DNA from: Octopus vulgaris
Lineage: Eukaryota
DNA length: 64,000 bases
NCBI GenBank assembly: GCA_951406725.2
Contig: OX597817.1
Location: 40,176,001 to 40,240,000 of the forward strand
Direction: 5' to 3'
Shown here: piece by piece, positions 1 through 10,952 of the stretch
How the letters are laid out: each line of letters starts with the position of its first letter
How positions within the stretch are numbered: position 1 is the stretch's first letter
Position numbers and translations under genes: made by a program
Notes under the pieces: model-generated
What the model saw: the letters and a program-made list of their open reading frames with translations, nothing else
What the model was told of the DNA's origin: nothing
Databases searched by the model: none

Positions 1-82
1 CACGTGCAGTTCATCATGACACCAGCAACAAAGAGGTTTCCTTATCCCTGCAACACTAAACAGTCCTTATTACTCTACGTTG

Positions 83-320
83 TTTCTTATTTCTTTATTG
101 CCCACAAGGGGCTAAACATAGAGGGGACAAACAAGGACAGACAAAGGGATTAAGTCAATTACATTGACCCCCAGTGCGTAACTGGTACTTAATTTATTGA
201 CCCCAAAAAGATGAAGGGCAAAGTTGACCTTGGCAGAATTTGAACTCAGAACGTAACGGCAGACGAAATACTGCTAAGCATTTCCCCAGGCTTGCTAACG
301 TTTCTACCAGCTCGTCACCT
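83..320 (-). mobile_element. SINE family 2
   Basis: Reverse complement of the 32893-33303 monomer. Other copies at about 26888-27108(-), 29460-29636(-) and 15700-15830(-). Confidence 0.85.
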
Positions 321-589
321 TATGTTGTTTCTGTTTACTCAAAGTAAACAGGATTGAGAGAATGATTTTCAATGGGAAAAGGAAGAGTGAGCATTAATAT
401 GAGTGTGATTGAGAAAACAGCGTGGTAGGAATGAGAGCATGGCAGGGAAATGAGTAATGGAAGAGAGACAATGATGGCTGCATACTGATTGTTGGTCATG
501 AAATTGCGTAAGAAAACAGCACAAATTGTTTATGCATACATACACATATACCTGCTAATGTGGAAAAGGTAGAGTTTTCAGAAAAAGAG

Positions 590-1049
590 AAACAACTCGA
601 ATACCTTACTTCCCTGGGCATGGATACATTGAAACTCTGACGTCTGGCAGCTGACTTGGCAGACACCCATAAAATTATTAACCTTCTTACTAACAATAAC
701 TCTGAGCACCTTTTCAAACTCCACCTGTCTAACACCCGTGGACATGTTTACAAAGTCAGAAAACAGCACAGCTCCCATGACTTTCAGAAACATTTTTTCA
801 CACTAAGAGTTGCTGAAGCATGGAACAAACTGTCGGCGTCAGTTGTTAGTTGTCGGAGCATTGCATCTTTCAAAACTTCCATGCTTCCTGAGATTCGCCA
901 ACACTACACCTGATTCTCTCCCCTCCATACACACGCATGCATGTATCTGACTCATACACTGTTCACTTCCCAGACATTTGTACATTACTGCATATGCTTT
1001 ATATGCACTTTTGACAAGTTGTGGTGCACCTGAGCACTGTATACAACAA

Positions 1050-1080
<31 letters not shown>

Positions 1081-1097
1081 GTTATTATTATTATTAT
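590..1097 (+). mobile_element. 5'-truncated CR1-group LINE 3' end
   Basis: TRGHVYKVRKQ...FFTLRVAEAWNKL...SFK is a CR1 ORF2 C-terminus. A (TTA)n tail follows at 1052-1097. Confidence 0.8.
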
Positions 1098-1509
1098 CAC
1101 AAATACAATCTGTAAGTAGAACAGTAAAATTATGCAAGACTTTTCCAAGGTTCAAAATAGGACAGTATTTTCATTATCTACATTTCAATGATGAATCTTT
1201 GTGTCTTTGGTAGATACCAGCTTCTTCCTCATACGAAAACTTCCAATAATTAAAAACAGAACAGAATGCATACATTATATCCACATTATATCATTATATC
1301 CACAAACATTAGGATGTATTCACGGAGTAAAAATTAGTTGTATAGAAAAATGGTTGGCATGAAACTTTGAGTAAGAATAGTATGAAATCTCAATTATAAT
1401 GGTTGTTATGCAAACCTATATGCACACATACACCCACACACATATCTGTATTACTGTCTATTTATTACTTCTTTTACATCCTTTCTTTTCTCTCATTCTT
1501 TCTCTTTCT

Positions 1510-1533
1510 CTGTGTGTCTATCAAAATACATAC

Positions 1534-1598
<65 letters not shown>

Positions 1599-1975
1599 CA
1601 TACATACATACATACATACATACATACATACATACATACATACATACATACATTTATATATATACATATATATATATATACATTTATATATATACACACA
1701 CGCATATAGGCAACTCATCACACACACACATATAAATATTTACATTTATATATTTTATATTATATATATTTATTTATACTAATATATTCTTTGTTCATAT
1801 GTAATATATATACACATACATACATATACAAATATATATATATATTGTTATATTTTGGAATGGTCATATTGCCAGTTTAGCCAATAAAAACACACGCACT
1901 ATATATTTGGTGTTATTTTGCTTCAGTGATATTTAAACGTATATATATATATATATATATATATATTCTTATATA

Positions 1976-2020
<45 letters not shown>

Positions 2021-2037
2021 ACACACACATATCTATT

Positions 2038-2070
<33 letters not shown>
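1510..2070. repeat. Compound (TACA)n/(TA)n/(TG)n microsatellites, representative of dozens across the window
   Basis: Directly visible. Others include (CT)n at 18470-18575, (ATCT)n at 30068-30160 and (ATC)n at 48430-48510 and 48870-49100. Confidence 0.95.
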
Positions 2071-2075
<5 letters not shown>

Positions 2076-2316
2076 CTGAATGTATTTAATCGTGTACTCT
2101 TGTATGTACATGTGTGTTTATATGCAAAACATTTGTCTGTAGATTTATGCATATCCACATGCACACACTCATACACACATACACACACGTGCGCGCACAC
2201 ACAAATATATATGTGATGGTTTCTCATGACAATATTAACTTAAGAACTGTAGTTGATTTCTAGATTTCATTGTTGTTGTTGTCATTTGTTTCCTGTGTGT
2301 GTAACATTGTCATTGA

Positions 2317-2411
2317 GTTAATGAAGCATTATTGGACCTACAGCTGCTTACAACTGTGACCAAGCACAAATATACGTTTGTAAAGGAAACTTCAAGAAAA
2401 ACACATGAGAG
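2317..2411 (+). pseudogene. Possible decayed nesprin-like exon
   Basis: VNEALLDLQLLTTVTKHKYTFVKETSRKTHER ending AG|gt. Loosely resembles SYNE1 LNELGYRLPL...ISSQTTER. An in-frame stop lies just upstream and there is no good acceptor. Confidence 0.35.
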
Positions 2412-2661
2412 GTGTTTGTTGAAAGCCTTGCTTTTACATTGTTGCATTTCATGAATGTTGTGTGTATCTTTGTTTTTTTGTGCATGGTGCGTGTATGTGT
2501 GTATATATGTGAGTGTGTGTACATGTAAGTGTATGTATGTGCTGTACACAGACATACACATATATATTATCATAAATGCAAAGGTATGCATAAACCACAC
2601 ACACACGCCTATAGAATATATGTAAATATGTACACATATATACACAGAGAGAAGGACAGGG

Positions 2662-2730
<69 letters not shown>

Positions 2731-2984
2731 GGAGGAGAGGTAGAGTGTGTGAGAAAAAATGAATAAGGTAAAGTGGGTATGAAAGAGCTGTATAGCTAGT
2801 AAGATAGATAGATTGACAGGCAGACACACGGTCAGGCAGGCAACCAGACAGGTATGAAATAATAAAAGGGAAATGTGTTATAACTCTTATAAAGTTAGTT
2901 GTGAGCAGGTAAGAAGGTGGATAGATAGACAGACAGATAAACAGATTGATTTATTGATTGATTGCCCCTTCAATAATGTCTAAG

Positions 2985-3075
2985 TGAATTTTCATATCTT
3001 CTCAAGAATCAAATGTTTCAGAAAAATATACAATTTCATCATGCAATTTTTGAAACAAGCATAGAATTTCCATGG
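2985..3075 (+). pseudogene. Decayed nesprin-like exon
   Basis: SQESNVSEKYTI / MQFLKQA*NF then G|gtaag. Resembles SYNE1 TFLEKCETWMEFLVQTEQKL. Contains one frameshift and a stop. Confidence 0.45.
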
Positions 3076-3429
3076 GTAAGCTAGTATGTTATAACTCTCA
3101 TAAAGTTACCTGAGTACTACTGACATTGTAATTATACAGTAGTGTATCTTTGGTGATTCAGTACCCTTTGCATAGAATTTGATCCTTCTTTGCTATTGCT
3201 AAAATTGCATATGGGATTGGAGAATGACATAAGGCGACAAGTTCAGCTGGAAGTTACCCTTTATCACTTAAACTAGACGTATGCAGCATAAATGTTCTGG
3301 CCTTTCACACTTACCCAACAAACTCATACTAAAAATAACAAGTCACTTCATTGAAATCTCATACATATGAGACACCGTATGGTTAATTCAAAACAATGTG
3401 AATAAATGAGCATTACACTCGATAGTGTA

Positions 3430-3765
3430 GGTGCATGGCTCAGTGGTTAGTGTTGATCTTACAATTGTGAGGTTGTGAGTTCAATTCCCGGACTGGGCTG
3501 CATGTTGTGTTCTTGAGCAAGACACTTTATTTCACATTGCTCCAGTTCACTCAGCTGTAGAAATGAGTTATGACATGATTGGTGCCAAGCTGTATTGGCC
3601 TTTGTCTTTCCCTTGAACAATATTGGTGGCATGGAGTGGGGAGACTGGTATGCAAGGGAGACTGCTTCCATAAACAACCTTGCCCGGACTTGTGCCTCGA
3701 AGGGTAACTTTCTAAGTGCAATCCCATGGTCATTCATAACTGAAGAGTGTCACCCTAATTTTTTT
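3430..3765 (+). mobile_element. SINE family 3 (tRNA head plus CORE-like TTGAGCAAGACACTT)
   Basis: A/B boxes and T-rich tail. 17-bp TSD TTACACTCGATAG(T/A)GTA at 3413-3429 and 3766-3782. Confidence 0.85.
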
Positions 3766-5498
3766 TTACACTCGATAGAGTAATCTGAATGCTAAAGGTT
3801 TAAAGCCAGTTCCAAGCTAAGCCAAGCCAATAAGGGAGCCTGTACATAGTTGTAGGACCTGCTCAAAGTAGTAACTACAGCTTTCTCAAATTATCATCAT
3901 CATTACTTTAAAATCCACTTTTTCTATGCAGACAGAATTCATTGAGAAAAGATTTCTACAGCTAGATACTCTTCCTGATGCCAACTCCCAATTGTTTCCA
4001 GCCAGGGTAATATTTTCCCATGGCTGTACATGTTTTTTATAGAAAGTATGTCCAAAGTGAACAACACAGCTTGTTTACAACTATCAGGCAATGTCAAATG
4101 GGGAGACATACACACACACACCTCATCATTGTCATCATCATTTACTGGCCATTTTCCATGCTGGCATGGGTCAGACAGCTTGACAAGAGCTTGCAAACTA
4201 GAGGACCGCACCAAATTTTATTGTCTGCTTTGCCATGGTTTGTTGTTGTTGTTTGTGGTAGTGGTGGTCGTGGAGGAGGAGATATGTCAGGACGTACTTT
4301 CAAGACACAGTTACGGGTGATTACCAGTGAAGTGATACAGAAGATTGGGCTGAGTGAGTAAGCAGAGGTAGGTGGGTGGGGGGTTATATTCCATACACAT
4401 ATAATGAGCACCTTTCAGTTTCCATCTAACAAATTCACTCACAAGGCTTTGGTTAATCTGTGGCTAAACTCAAAACCAAGTGGCTGGGTAACAAACTTCA
4501 TAACCGCTCAGCCATGTCTTAAAAACAGATGTGATATATTATCTGGTAGTTCAGTTCTGTATAAGCTGTTTGTTGTGGGTGTACAATGAAATCTTCACGG
4601 TTGAACTATCTTTCATTATGGATCTGCTAAATTAAAGCTGACCCAGAGCTAAGCAATAACCTGAACAACAACCAGGTCAAAGTGTTCTGTACTAGTTTTT
4701 CTTCATAGATATTGTATAGCTTCTGTATATCAATTAGAGCTTTATATTGTCAAACACTTTGGTATTATTTGTAACACACACATGCACATAAACATGCATA
4801 CACACATATGAGTATATGTGTGTGTGGTTTTGTATATGTGTGCATATACATATATAAACATATATAATCACAATATATATATATATATCATCATCATCAT
4901 CATCATCATTTAGCGTCCGTTTTCCATGCTAGCATGGGTTGGACGGTTCTGCTGGGGTCTGTGAAGCCAGAAGGCTTCATCAGGCCCAGTCAAATCTGGC
5001 AGTGTTTCTACGGCTGGATGCCCTTCCTAACGCCAACCACTCCGTGAGTGTAGTGGGTGCTTTTTACGTGCCACCCGCACTGGTGCCAGCCAGAGCTGGC
5101 AAACGGCCACGAACGGATGGTGTTTTTTATGTGCCACCGGCACGAGGGCCAGGCGAGGCTGGCAACGAACACGAAACGGGGCGGTGCTGGCAACGGTCGC
5201 GAAACGGAAGGTTCTCTTACATGCCACCGGCACTGGTAACACATCTGCAATTTCCATTGATCGATTTCCATTGATCGATTTCGATTCTGATCCTCACTTG
5301 CCTCAATGGGTCTTCACAAGCAGAGTTTCGACATGCCACCGGCACTGGTAGCACATCCGCAATTTCCATTGATCGATTTCGATTCTGATCCTCACTTGCC
5401 TCAACACGTCTTCACAAGTAGAGTTTTGTGTCCCAAGAAGGGAAGGTATGCATACGTAGGCTGGCTCCATCCCATGTAGAAGGCCACGGGTTGTGGAC

Positions 5499-7364
5499 TC
5501 ACTTGTCCTGCCGGGTCTTCTCGCGCACAGCACACTTCCAGAGGTCTCGGTCTCTAGTCATTTCCTCGGTGAGACCTAAAGTTCGAAGGTCGTGCTTCAC
5601 CACCTCGTCCCAGGTTTTCCTGGGTCTGCCTCTTCCACAGGTTCCCTCAACCGCTAGGGTGTGGCACTTTTTCACACAACTATCTTCATCCATTCTCGCC
5701 ACATGACCATACCAGCGCAAACGTCTCTCTTGCACACCACAACTGATGCTTCTTAGGTCCAGCTTTTCTCTCAAGGTACTTACACTCTGCCGAGTGTGAG
5801 TACTGGCATTACACATCCATCGGAGCATACTGGCTTCATTTCTAGCGAGCTTACGCATATCCTCAGCAGTCACGGCCCATGTTTCACTGCCATGTAGCAT
5901 GGCTGTTCGTACACACGCATCATACAGTCTGCCTTTCACTCTGTGCGAGAGGCCTTTTGTCACCAGCAGAGGTAAGAGCTCTCTGAACTTTGCCCAAGCT
6001 ATTCTTACTCTAGCAGTTACACTTTCAGCACACCCGCCCCCGCTGCTGACTTGGTCACCTAGGTAACGGAAACTATCAACTATTTCTAGTTTTTCTCCCT
6101 GGAAAGTGACAGAAGTTGGTCTCAGAGCATTTTCAGTGTTTATTGTTCCTGAGCATCTGCCACATACAAAAACCATCTTCCTAGTTAGCCTTCCTTTGAC
6201 ATTGCTGCATCTCTTATGTGTCCATAGCTTACACTTGGTGCATCTTATAGAGTTTCTACCTACACCTTTTCTACAGATCGAGCAGGGCCATCTACCTGAA
6301 GGTGTTTGTGATTTGTCTACCTTCCTACTGATTACGACTTTGGTTTTAGCTAGATTGACTCTGAGGCCCTTCGATTCTAATCCTTGTTTCCACACCTGAA
6401 ACTTCTCCTCCAGTTCTGATAGCGACTCAGCAATTAGAGCAAGGTCATCAGCATAGAGGAGCTCCCAAGGGCATCCTGTCTTGAATTCCTCCGTTATTGC
6501 CTGGAGGACTATGATAAATAGGAGGGGGCTGAGTACTGAGCCTTGGTGGACCCCTACCTCTACCCGGAATTCTTCACTGTACTCATTTCCAACCCTCACC
6601 CTACTAGCGGCGTCCCTATACATGGCCCGCACAGCTCTCACTAACCATTCATCTATCCCTAGTTTTCTCATTGCCCACCAGATAAGGGATCGGGGGACCC
6701 TGTCGAAGGCTTTCTCCATGTCAACAAAAGCCAGGTACAGGGGCTTATCTTTGGCTAGGTATTTCTCCTGCAGCTGCCTTACCAGGAATATAGCATCAGT
6801 AGTACTTTTCCCTGGCACAAACCCAAACTGCATCTCATCTAAACTAACTCTCTCTCTAATTAGTTGGGCTATGACCCTCTCCGTAACCTTCATCACCTGG
6901 TCCAACAGCTTGATACCTCTGTAGTTGTTTGTATCTAGGGCATCACCTTTACCTTTGTAGCAGTTGACTATTATACTGCTACACCAGTCATTGGGTATGA
7001 CCCCTTTGTGTATCACCTGATTAACTATATGGGTGACTAGGCTATAGCCGACACTACCAGACATTTTGAGCATCTCTGCAGTGATTCCTGATGGGCCTGG
7101 GGCTTTCCCTGTCTTCATGCTTCTAATTGCCTTAGCTACCACAGAACTATCAACTCGGATAGCTGGTCCCTCTGTTGGGTCAACATTCGGCAGACTCTCT
7201 TTATCCCATTCATTTTCTTCATTCAGCAACCTTTCATAGTGGCATCTCCAAACCTCTCTCTTTGCATCCTCATTTAGCGCAAGTGAACCATCTTCCATGC
7301 GAACACACTTCTCTCCTACCACATCACGATTCTCTCTCACACACTGTCTTGCAACACGAAACAC
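5499..7364 (-). CDS. RTE LINE ORF, C-terminal part: reverse transcriptase with PHD-like insertion
   Basis: Motifs KAPGPSGI, NYRGIKLL, QFGF, FVDMEKAFDRV, GVHQGSVLSPLLF, YADD (6444-6455), FRYLG, RRLRWYGHVARM, RGRPRKTW. Confidence 0.95.
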   Translation of the reverse strand: MFRVARQCVRENRDVVGEKCVRMEDGSLALNEDAKREVWRCHYERLLNEENEWDKESLPNVDPTEGPAIRVDSSVVAKAIRSMKTGKAPGPSGITAEMLKMSGSVGYSLVTHIVNQVIHKGVIPNDWCSSIIVNCYKGKGDALDTNNYRGIKLLDQVMKVTERVIAQLIRERVSLDEMQFGFVPGKSTTDAIFLVRQLQEKYLAKDKPLYLAFVDMEKAFDRVPRSLIWWAMRKLGIDEWLVRAVRAMYRDAASRVRVGNEYSEEFRVEVGVHQGSVLSPLLFIIVLQAITEEFKTGCPWELLYADDLALIAESLSELEEKFQVWKQGLESKGLRVNLAKTKVVISRKVDKSQTPSGRWPCSICRKGVGRNSIRCTKCKLWTHKRCSNVKGRLTRKMVFVCGRCSGTINTENALRPTSVTFQGEKLEIVDSFRYLGDQVSSGGGCAESVTARVRIAWAKFRELLPLLVTKGLSHRVKGRLYDACVRTAMLHGSETWAVTAEDMRKLARNEASMLRWMCNASTHTRQSVSTLREKLDLRSISCGVQERRLRWYGHVARMDEDSCVKKCHTLAVEGTCGRGRPRKTWDEVVKHDLRTLGLTEEMTRDRDLWKCAVREKTRQDK

Positions 7365-7380
7365 CTCCAGTCTTTGGTCC

Positions 7381-8667
7381 TCACGGCGCAGAACATTGGC
7401 AAATTTTTTTCTTATCTGCTTCCCCTCTGGCTAAATAAACCTGTCTCCTAGCTTCTCTTTTGGCAGTCTGATACAATTCCCTGCTACCCCCATTTTTCCA
7501 GACCTTCCAAGCCTGTCTCTTTTCTCTAATAGCCCTGTCTACAATATTGTTCCACCACCACGTTATTCTAGGTCGAGAGGGGACTTTGCACCAGCCACAG
7601 ATCTGGTCAGTGGCTCTCAGCAGGTTGTCCCTTAGAAACGTCCAGCTGTCTTCTACCCCCTGTGATGCTCTATCCCCTTCTACTTCGTCAGAGGCTTCAA
7701 GTAATATGTCCCTAAATCTCTGTCCATTTGCAGGATCTTTAAGCTTCCAGATCCTTCTTCTCCATATTTGTCGTCTTCTGGTTGTCCTCCTAGTCCTGAT
7801 CCTAAAGTCACTAACTACCAGTCTATGTTGTGGGGTACATTCTTCACCTGGGAAGGTTTTGGCATTTATAAGCAGCCATCTCTCCCTTTGCCTTGTAAGG
7901 ATGTAGTCAATTTGGCTGGTATGTTGGCCCGATTGGTAAGTGACTAGGTGGCTGGTAGGTTTCCTGAAGTTAGTGTTGCAAATCATAAGATTATTTGCAT
8001 CGCAGAACTCCAGCAGCCTGGTTCCCTCCTCGTTGCGGGAGCCATAGCCGTAGCCTCCATGTACGCCATGGAAGCCCCCAGCATGTCGTCCAACGTGACC
8101 ATTGAAGTCACCAGCCACAAAGATAAGGTCTCTGTCGTTCGTCAATGAGGTAGTCTGCAGTAGAGTGTCATAGAATCGGTCTTTCTGTCCATCGGGTAGC
8201 CCCGACTGAGGAGCATAGGCTGATATAATGGTTGCTAAACTATGATGAAGCACTAATCTAATCTTAAGTATTCTGTCACTTACTCTGATTACCTCAATTA
8301 CTTTATCTACCCATTTCTCAGCGATAAGTATACCCACGCCACCAACCCCGTCAGTATTCCCTGCCCAGAAAATCTTGTACCTGCGTTCCTTGCCTGTGAG
8401 GAACCTAGCTGATCCTCCTCTCCACCTTATTTCTTGCATGCAACATATATCCACACATCTCCGTTCAAGCATCTCGACTATCTCACCAGACCTACCTTTC
8501 AGAGTGCCAACGTTGAGGGTGCCAACCCTGAGGGTGTGGAAGGCATGGGCTCTAGAGACCCTGGGACGGTGGACAGTAGCTTCGTGTACCTGAAAAGAAA
8601 GCTCGCATTTGGCAGAATTCATGTGCAAAAAATGAAGTAGTAAAGTAGCCCTCAGTACAACCTGCAT
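7381..8667 (-). CDS. RTE LINE ORF, N-terminal part: apurinic-like endonuclease
   Basis: Motifs LNVGTL, DICCMQEIRW, AYAPQ, GDFNGHVG, SQIDYIL, QHRLV. The frame is broken at the A7 run at 7404-7410. Confidence 0.93.
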   Translation of the reverse strand: MQVVLRATLLLHFLHMNSAKCELSFQVHEATVHRPRVSRAHAFHTLRVGTLNVGTLKGRSGEIVEMLERRCVDICCMQEIRWRGGSARFLTGKERRYKIFWAGNTDGVGGVGILIAEKWVDKVIEVIRVSDRILKIRLVLHHSLATIISAYAPQSGLPDGQKDRFYDTLLQTTSLTNDRDLIFVAGDFNGHVGRHAGGFHGVHGGYGYGSRNEEGTRLLEFCDANNLMICNTNFRKPTSHLVTYQSGQHTSQIDYILTRQRERWLLINAKTFPGEECTPQHRLVVSDFRIRTRRTTRRRQIWRRRIWKLKDPANGQRFRDILLEASDEVEGDRASQGVEDSWTFLRDNLLRATDQICGWCKVPSRPRITWWWNNIVDRAIREKRQAWKVWKNGGSRELYQTAKREARRQVYLARGEADKKKICQCSAP

Positions 8668-9367
8668 AACGCTAGCCTTTCATATTTTGCACTGTATGAA
8701 CATTACCTTACATAGGTCGAGACTAGGGGTAGGGAGGGGTAGGGATGGTGAGAGCATTTGCAGTCTTCATGGGAAGCAACCCCGGAATGGAAGAGAATAG
8801 GAACTTCCGGCATGCGTGGTGGGGGTGGGAGGGCGGGTGCACCGTAGCTGAGTAAAGAGGTTCTGTTAATCGTGAGCTAGCAAATGGGTTAGTATGAATC
8901 GGGAGACAATACTAAATGAAAAATTGAAAAATTGAAAAATCAGAGTGGCTATGAACCTGGAGACAAGTCTAAACGAAAAAAATGTTTGAGCTAGACAGGG
9001 TAATGAGGGAATACTGAAAGAATGAGGGACAATACAATGAGATGGAAATTGAAGAATAGAGAAAGAGTAAGAATAAGTGCAAGAAAGAAGGTAGTCGTAG
9101 CGAGGTTGAACGATTCACTTAACTTTTAGCCATTCATGATCTATATATATATATAGATATAGATATATATATATATATATAGATATATATATATAAGGTG
9201 CAGGTGTGGCTGTGTGGTAAGTAGCTTGCTTACCAACCACATGGTTCCGGGTTCAGTCCCACTGCATGGCACCTTGGGCAAATGTCTTCTACTATAGCCT
9301 CAGGCCAACCAAAGCCTTGTGAGTGGATTTGGTTGACGGAAACTGAAAGAAGCCCGTCGTATATATG

Positions 9368-9401
<34 letters not shown>

Positions 9402-9406
<5 letters not shown>

Positions 9407-10690
9407 TTGATCAAAATAAAAACATGATGCCAAGGATTCAGCGGTACATATGTTTCGGGCCTTTATTAGACAGATTTATAACAATGCATAATGTATGTCT
9501 GTGGCCTTCTTCAGCCGTGCACAACAACTTCCACAAGGACATGTGTTACATCAAAAATTCTTGGTTGGGGATGCAAATCCTCTCATTCGCGTACGACGTA
9601 ATGCGGCAGCAGCATAGAATTGAAGCGTCCATCTCGTTCTTCTCTCAATGTAGAATGAGGGAATTTAGATGTTGAAGTAATGTAAATAAATTAACAAATA
9701 AATACATATATAGACGTGAAGGGACCTGGTGATAAGAGTAAATAGGGGTAAAGATGGAGGGGCGAGAATTCAGGACGAAGGATAAAAAAATATATAAAAA
9801 GTGTAAGTATAGAAAAATGTAAAAGTGTAGAGTATAAAGATATAAAGAGATATAAGGAGATATAAGGGGGTATAAAGAATATAAAAAAATATAAATGAAT
9901 ATAAAGGTATCAAGTTATAAAGTAAAAATAGAAATAGAAATAAAAATAAAAAGAAAATAAAAAAATAAAAATAGGAATAAAAATAAAAAAATATAAGGAT
10001 AAGGGATGTATAGTGGTTACGGACCAAACATGGTGGTCAGGAAAATGACAAAATCCAGTTGTAGAGTCAACAGGGGCGTCTGGGGACTTAGTGTGTTGTA
10101 AATCAGATCTGTTGAGCGGTTAATCTAGTTCCTTGAGTTAAATGGTCATCTTGTAGATACATACCAGCATGGATACATACACCCCTATACACGCGCACAT
10201 ATACGCACGCATACACAGCTCCAAGCATATAAGCATACATACGTACTCACGTGTAAACATATACAGAAACCCATATACACCCACACACATGCGCATGTAT
10301 ACATACATACAACAGAATATGCGTATATATACCCGGACATTATCCGTGTACATATACATATATACATATATACACACACACGCACATACATATATACATA
10401 TGCATATACACATATGCACACATATATGCACGTGCATACATATACATACATATGCACATACACACACCCATATATACATACGTACGTCCATCCCTACATA
10501 CACGTACACAGATGTAAAGAATCACGCACTCACGTCTATACGTACACGCACACACGGCTGTGTGTCTATATGTGCGTGTACATACACACCCACATGCACA
10601 CACAGAGACATACGCACGTATAGGTATAGCTATAAGATATTAAAAGATGTATACAAATGTGTGTAAATATATGCATATAAGTATGTATGT
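9402..10690 (-). mobile_element. Non-autonomous Penelope-like or retrozyme-like insertion inside a SINE
   Basis: Splits a SINE (head 9197-9360, tail about 10700-10913) at its internal (TA)n. Carries a hammerhead motif near its left end and has no protein homology. Confidence 0.55.
9441..9520 (-). ncRNA. Type I hammerhead ribozyme motif
   Basis: Minus strand reads cgg CUGAAGA aggcc-[long stem]-ggccc GAAAC auau GUA ccg: conserved cores, palindromic minimal stem III, GUA cleavage triplet. Confidence 0.7.
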
Positions 10691-10912
10691 GTGTGTATAT
10701 ATGTATGTGTGTGTATATTTGTGTATCTGTGTTTGTTCCTCCAACATCGCTTGACAACCGATGCTGGTGTGTCCCCGTAACCTAGCGGTTCAGCAAAAGA
10801 GACCAATAGAATAAGTACTAGGTTTACAAAGCATAAGTCCTGGGGTTGATTTGCTCGACCAAAGGCGGTGCATGACCACAGTCAAATGACTGAAACAAGT
10901 AAAAGAGTAAGA

Positions 10913-10952
<40 letters not shown>

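Larger units (their letters stand above)
4888..9140 (-). mobile_element. Full-length RTE-clade LINE retrotransposon
   Basis: 5'UTR about 9140-8668, then APE endonuclease and RT coding region, about 600 nt of 3'UTR and a (GAT)n tail at about 4888-4909. Both ends abut (TA)n runs. Confidence 0.95.
9197..10913 (+). mobile_element. SINE family 1 split by a 1.3-kb insertion
   Basis: Head 9197-9360 and tail about 10700-10913 join to reconstitute the consensus. Confidence 0.8.

Noticed and set aside
1399-2829. Numerous ORFs rich in YI, HT and CV repeats (also at 10138-10757, 21740-24459, 42339-42651, 61398-62000)
   Set aside because: They are translations of TA/TG/TACA microsatellites with no protein signal.
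3430-3500. tRNA-like A/B box sequences here and at other SINE heads
   Set aside because: They continue into SINE bodies with tails or TSDs and lack a proper cloverleaf, so they are not tRNA genes.
7398-7412. Programmed ribosomal frameshift at the A7 run of the LINE
   Set aside because: It would need a +1 shift, and RTE elements normally encode APE and RT in one ORF. A homopolymer indel is simpler.
5428-8640. Plus-strand ORFs overlapping the LINE
   Set aside because: Antisense shadows of the RTE coding sequence.
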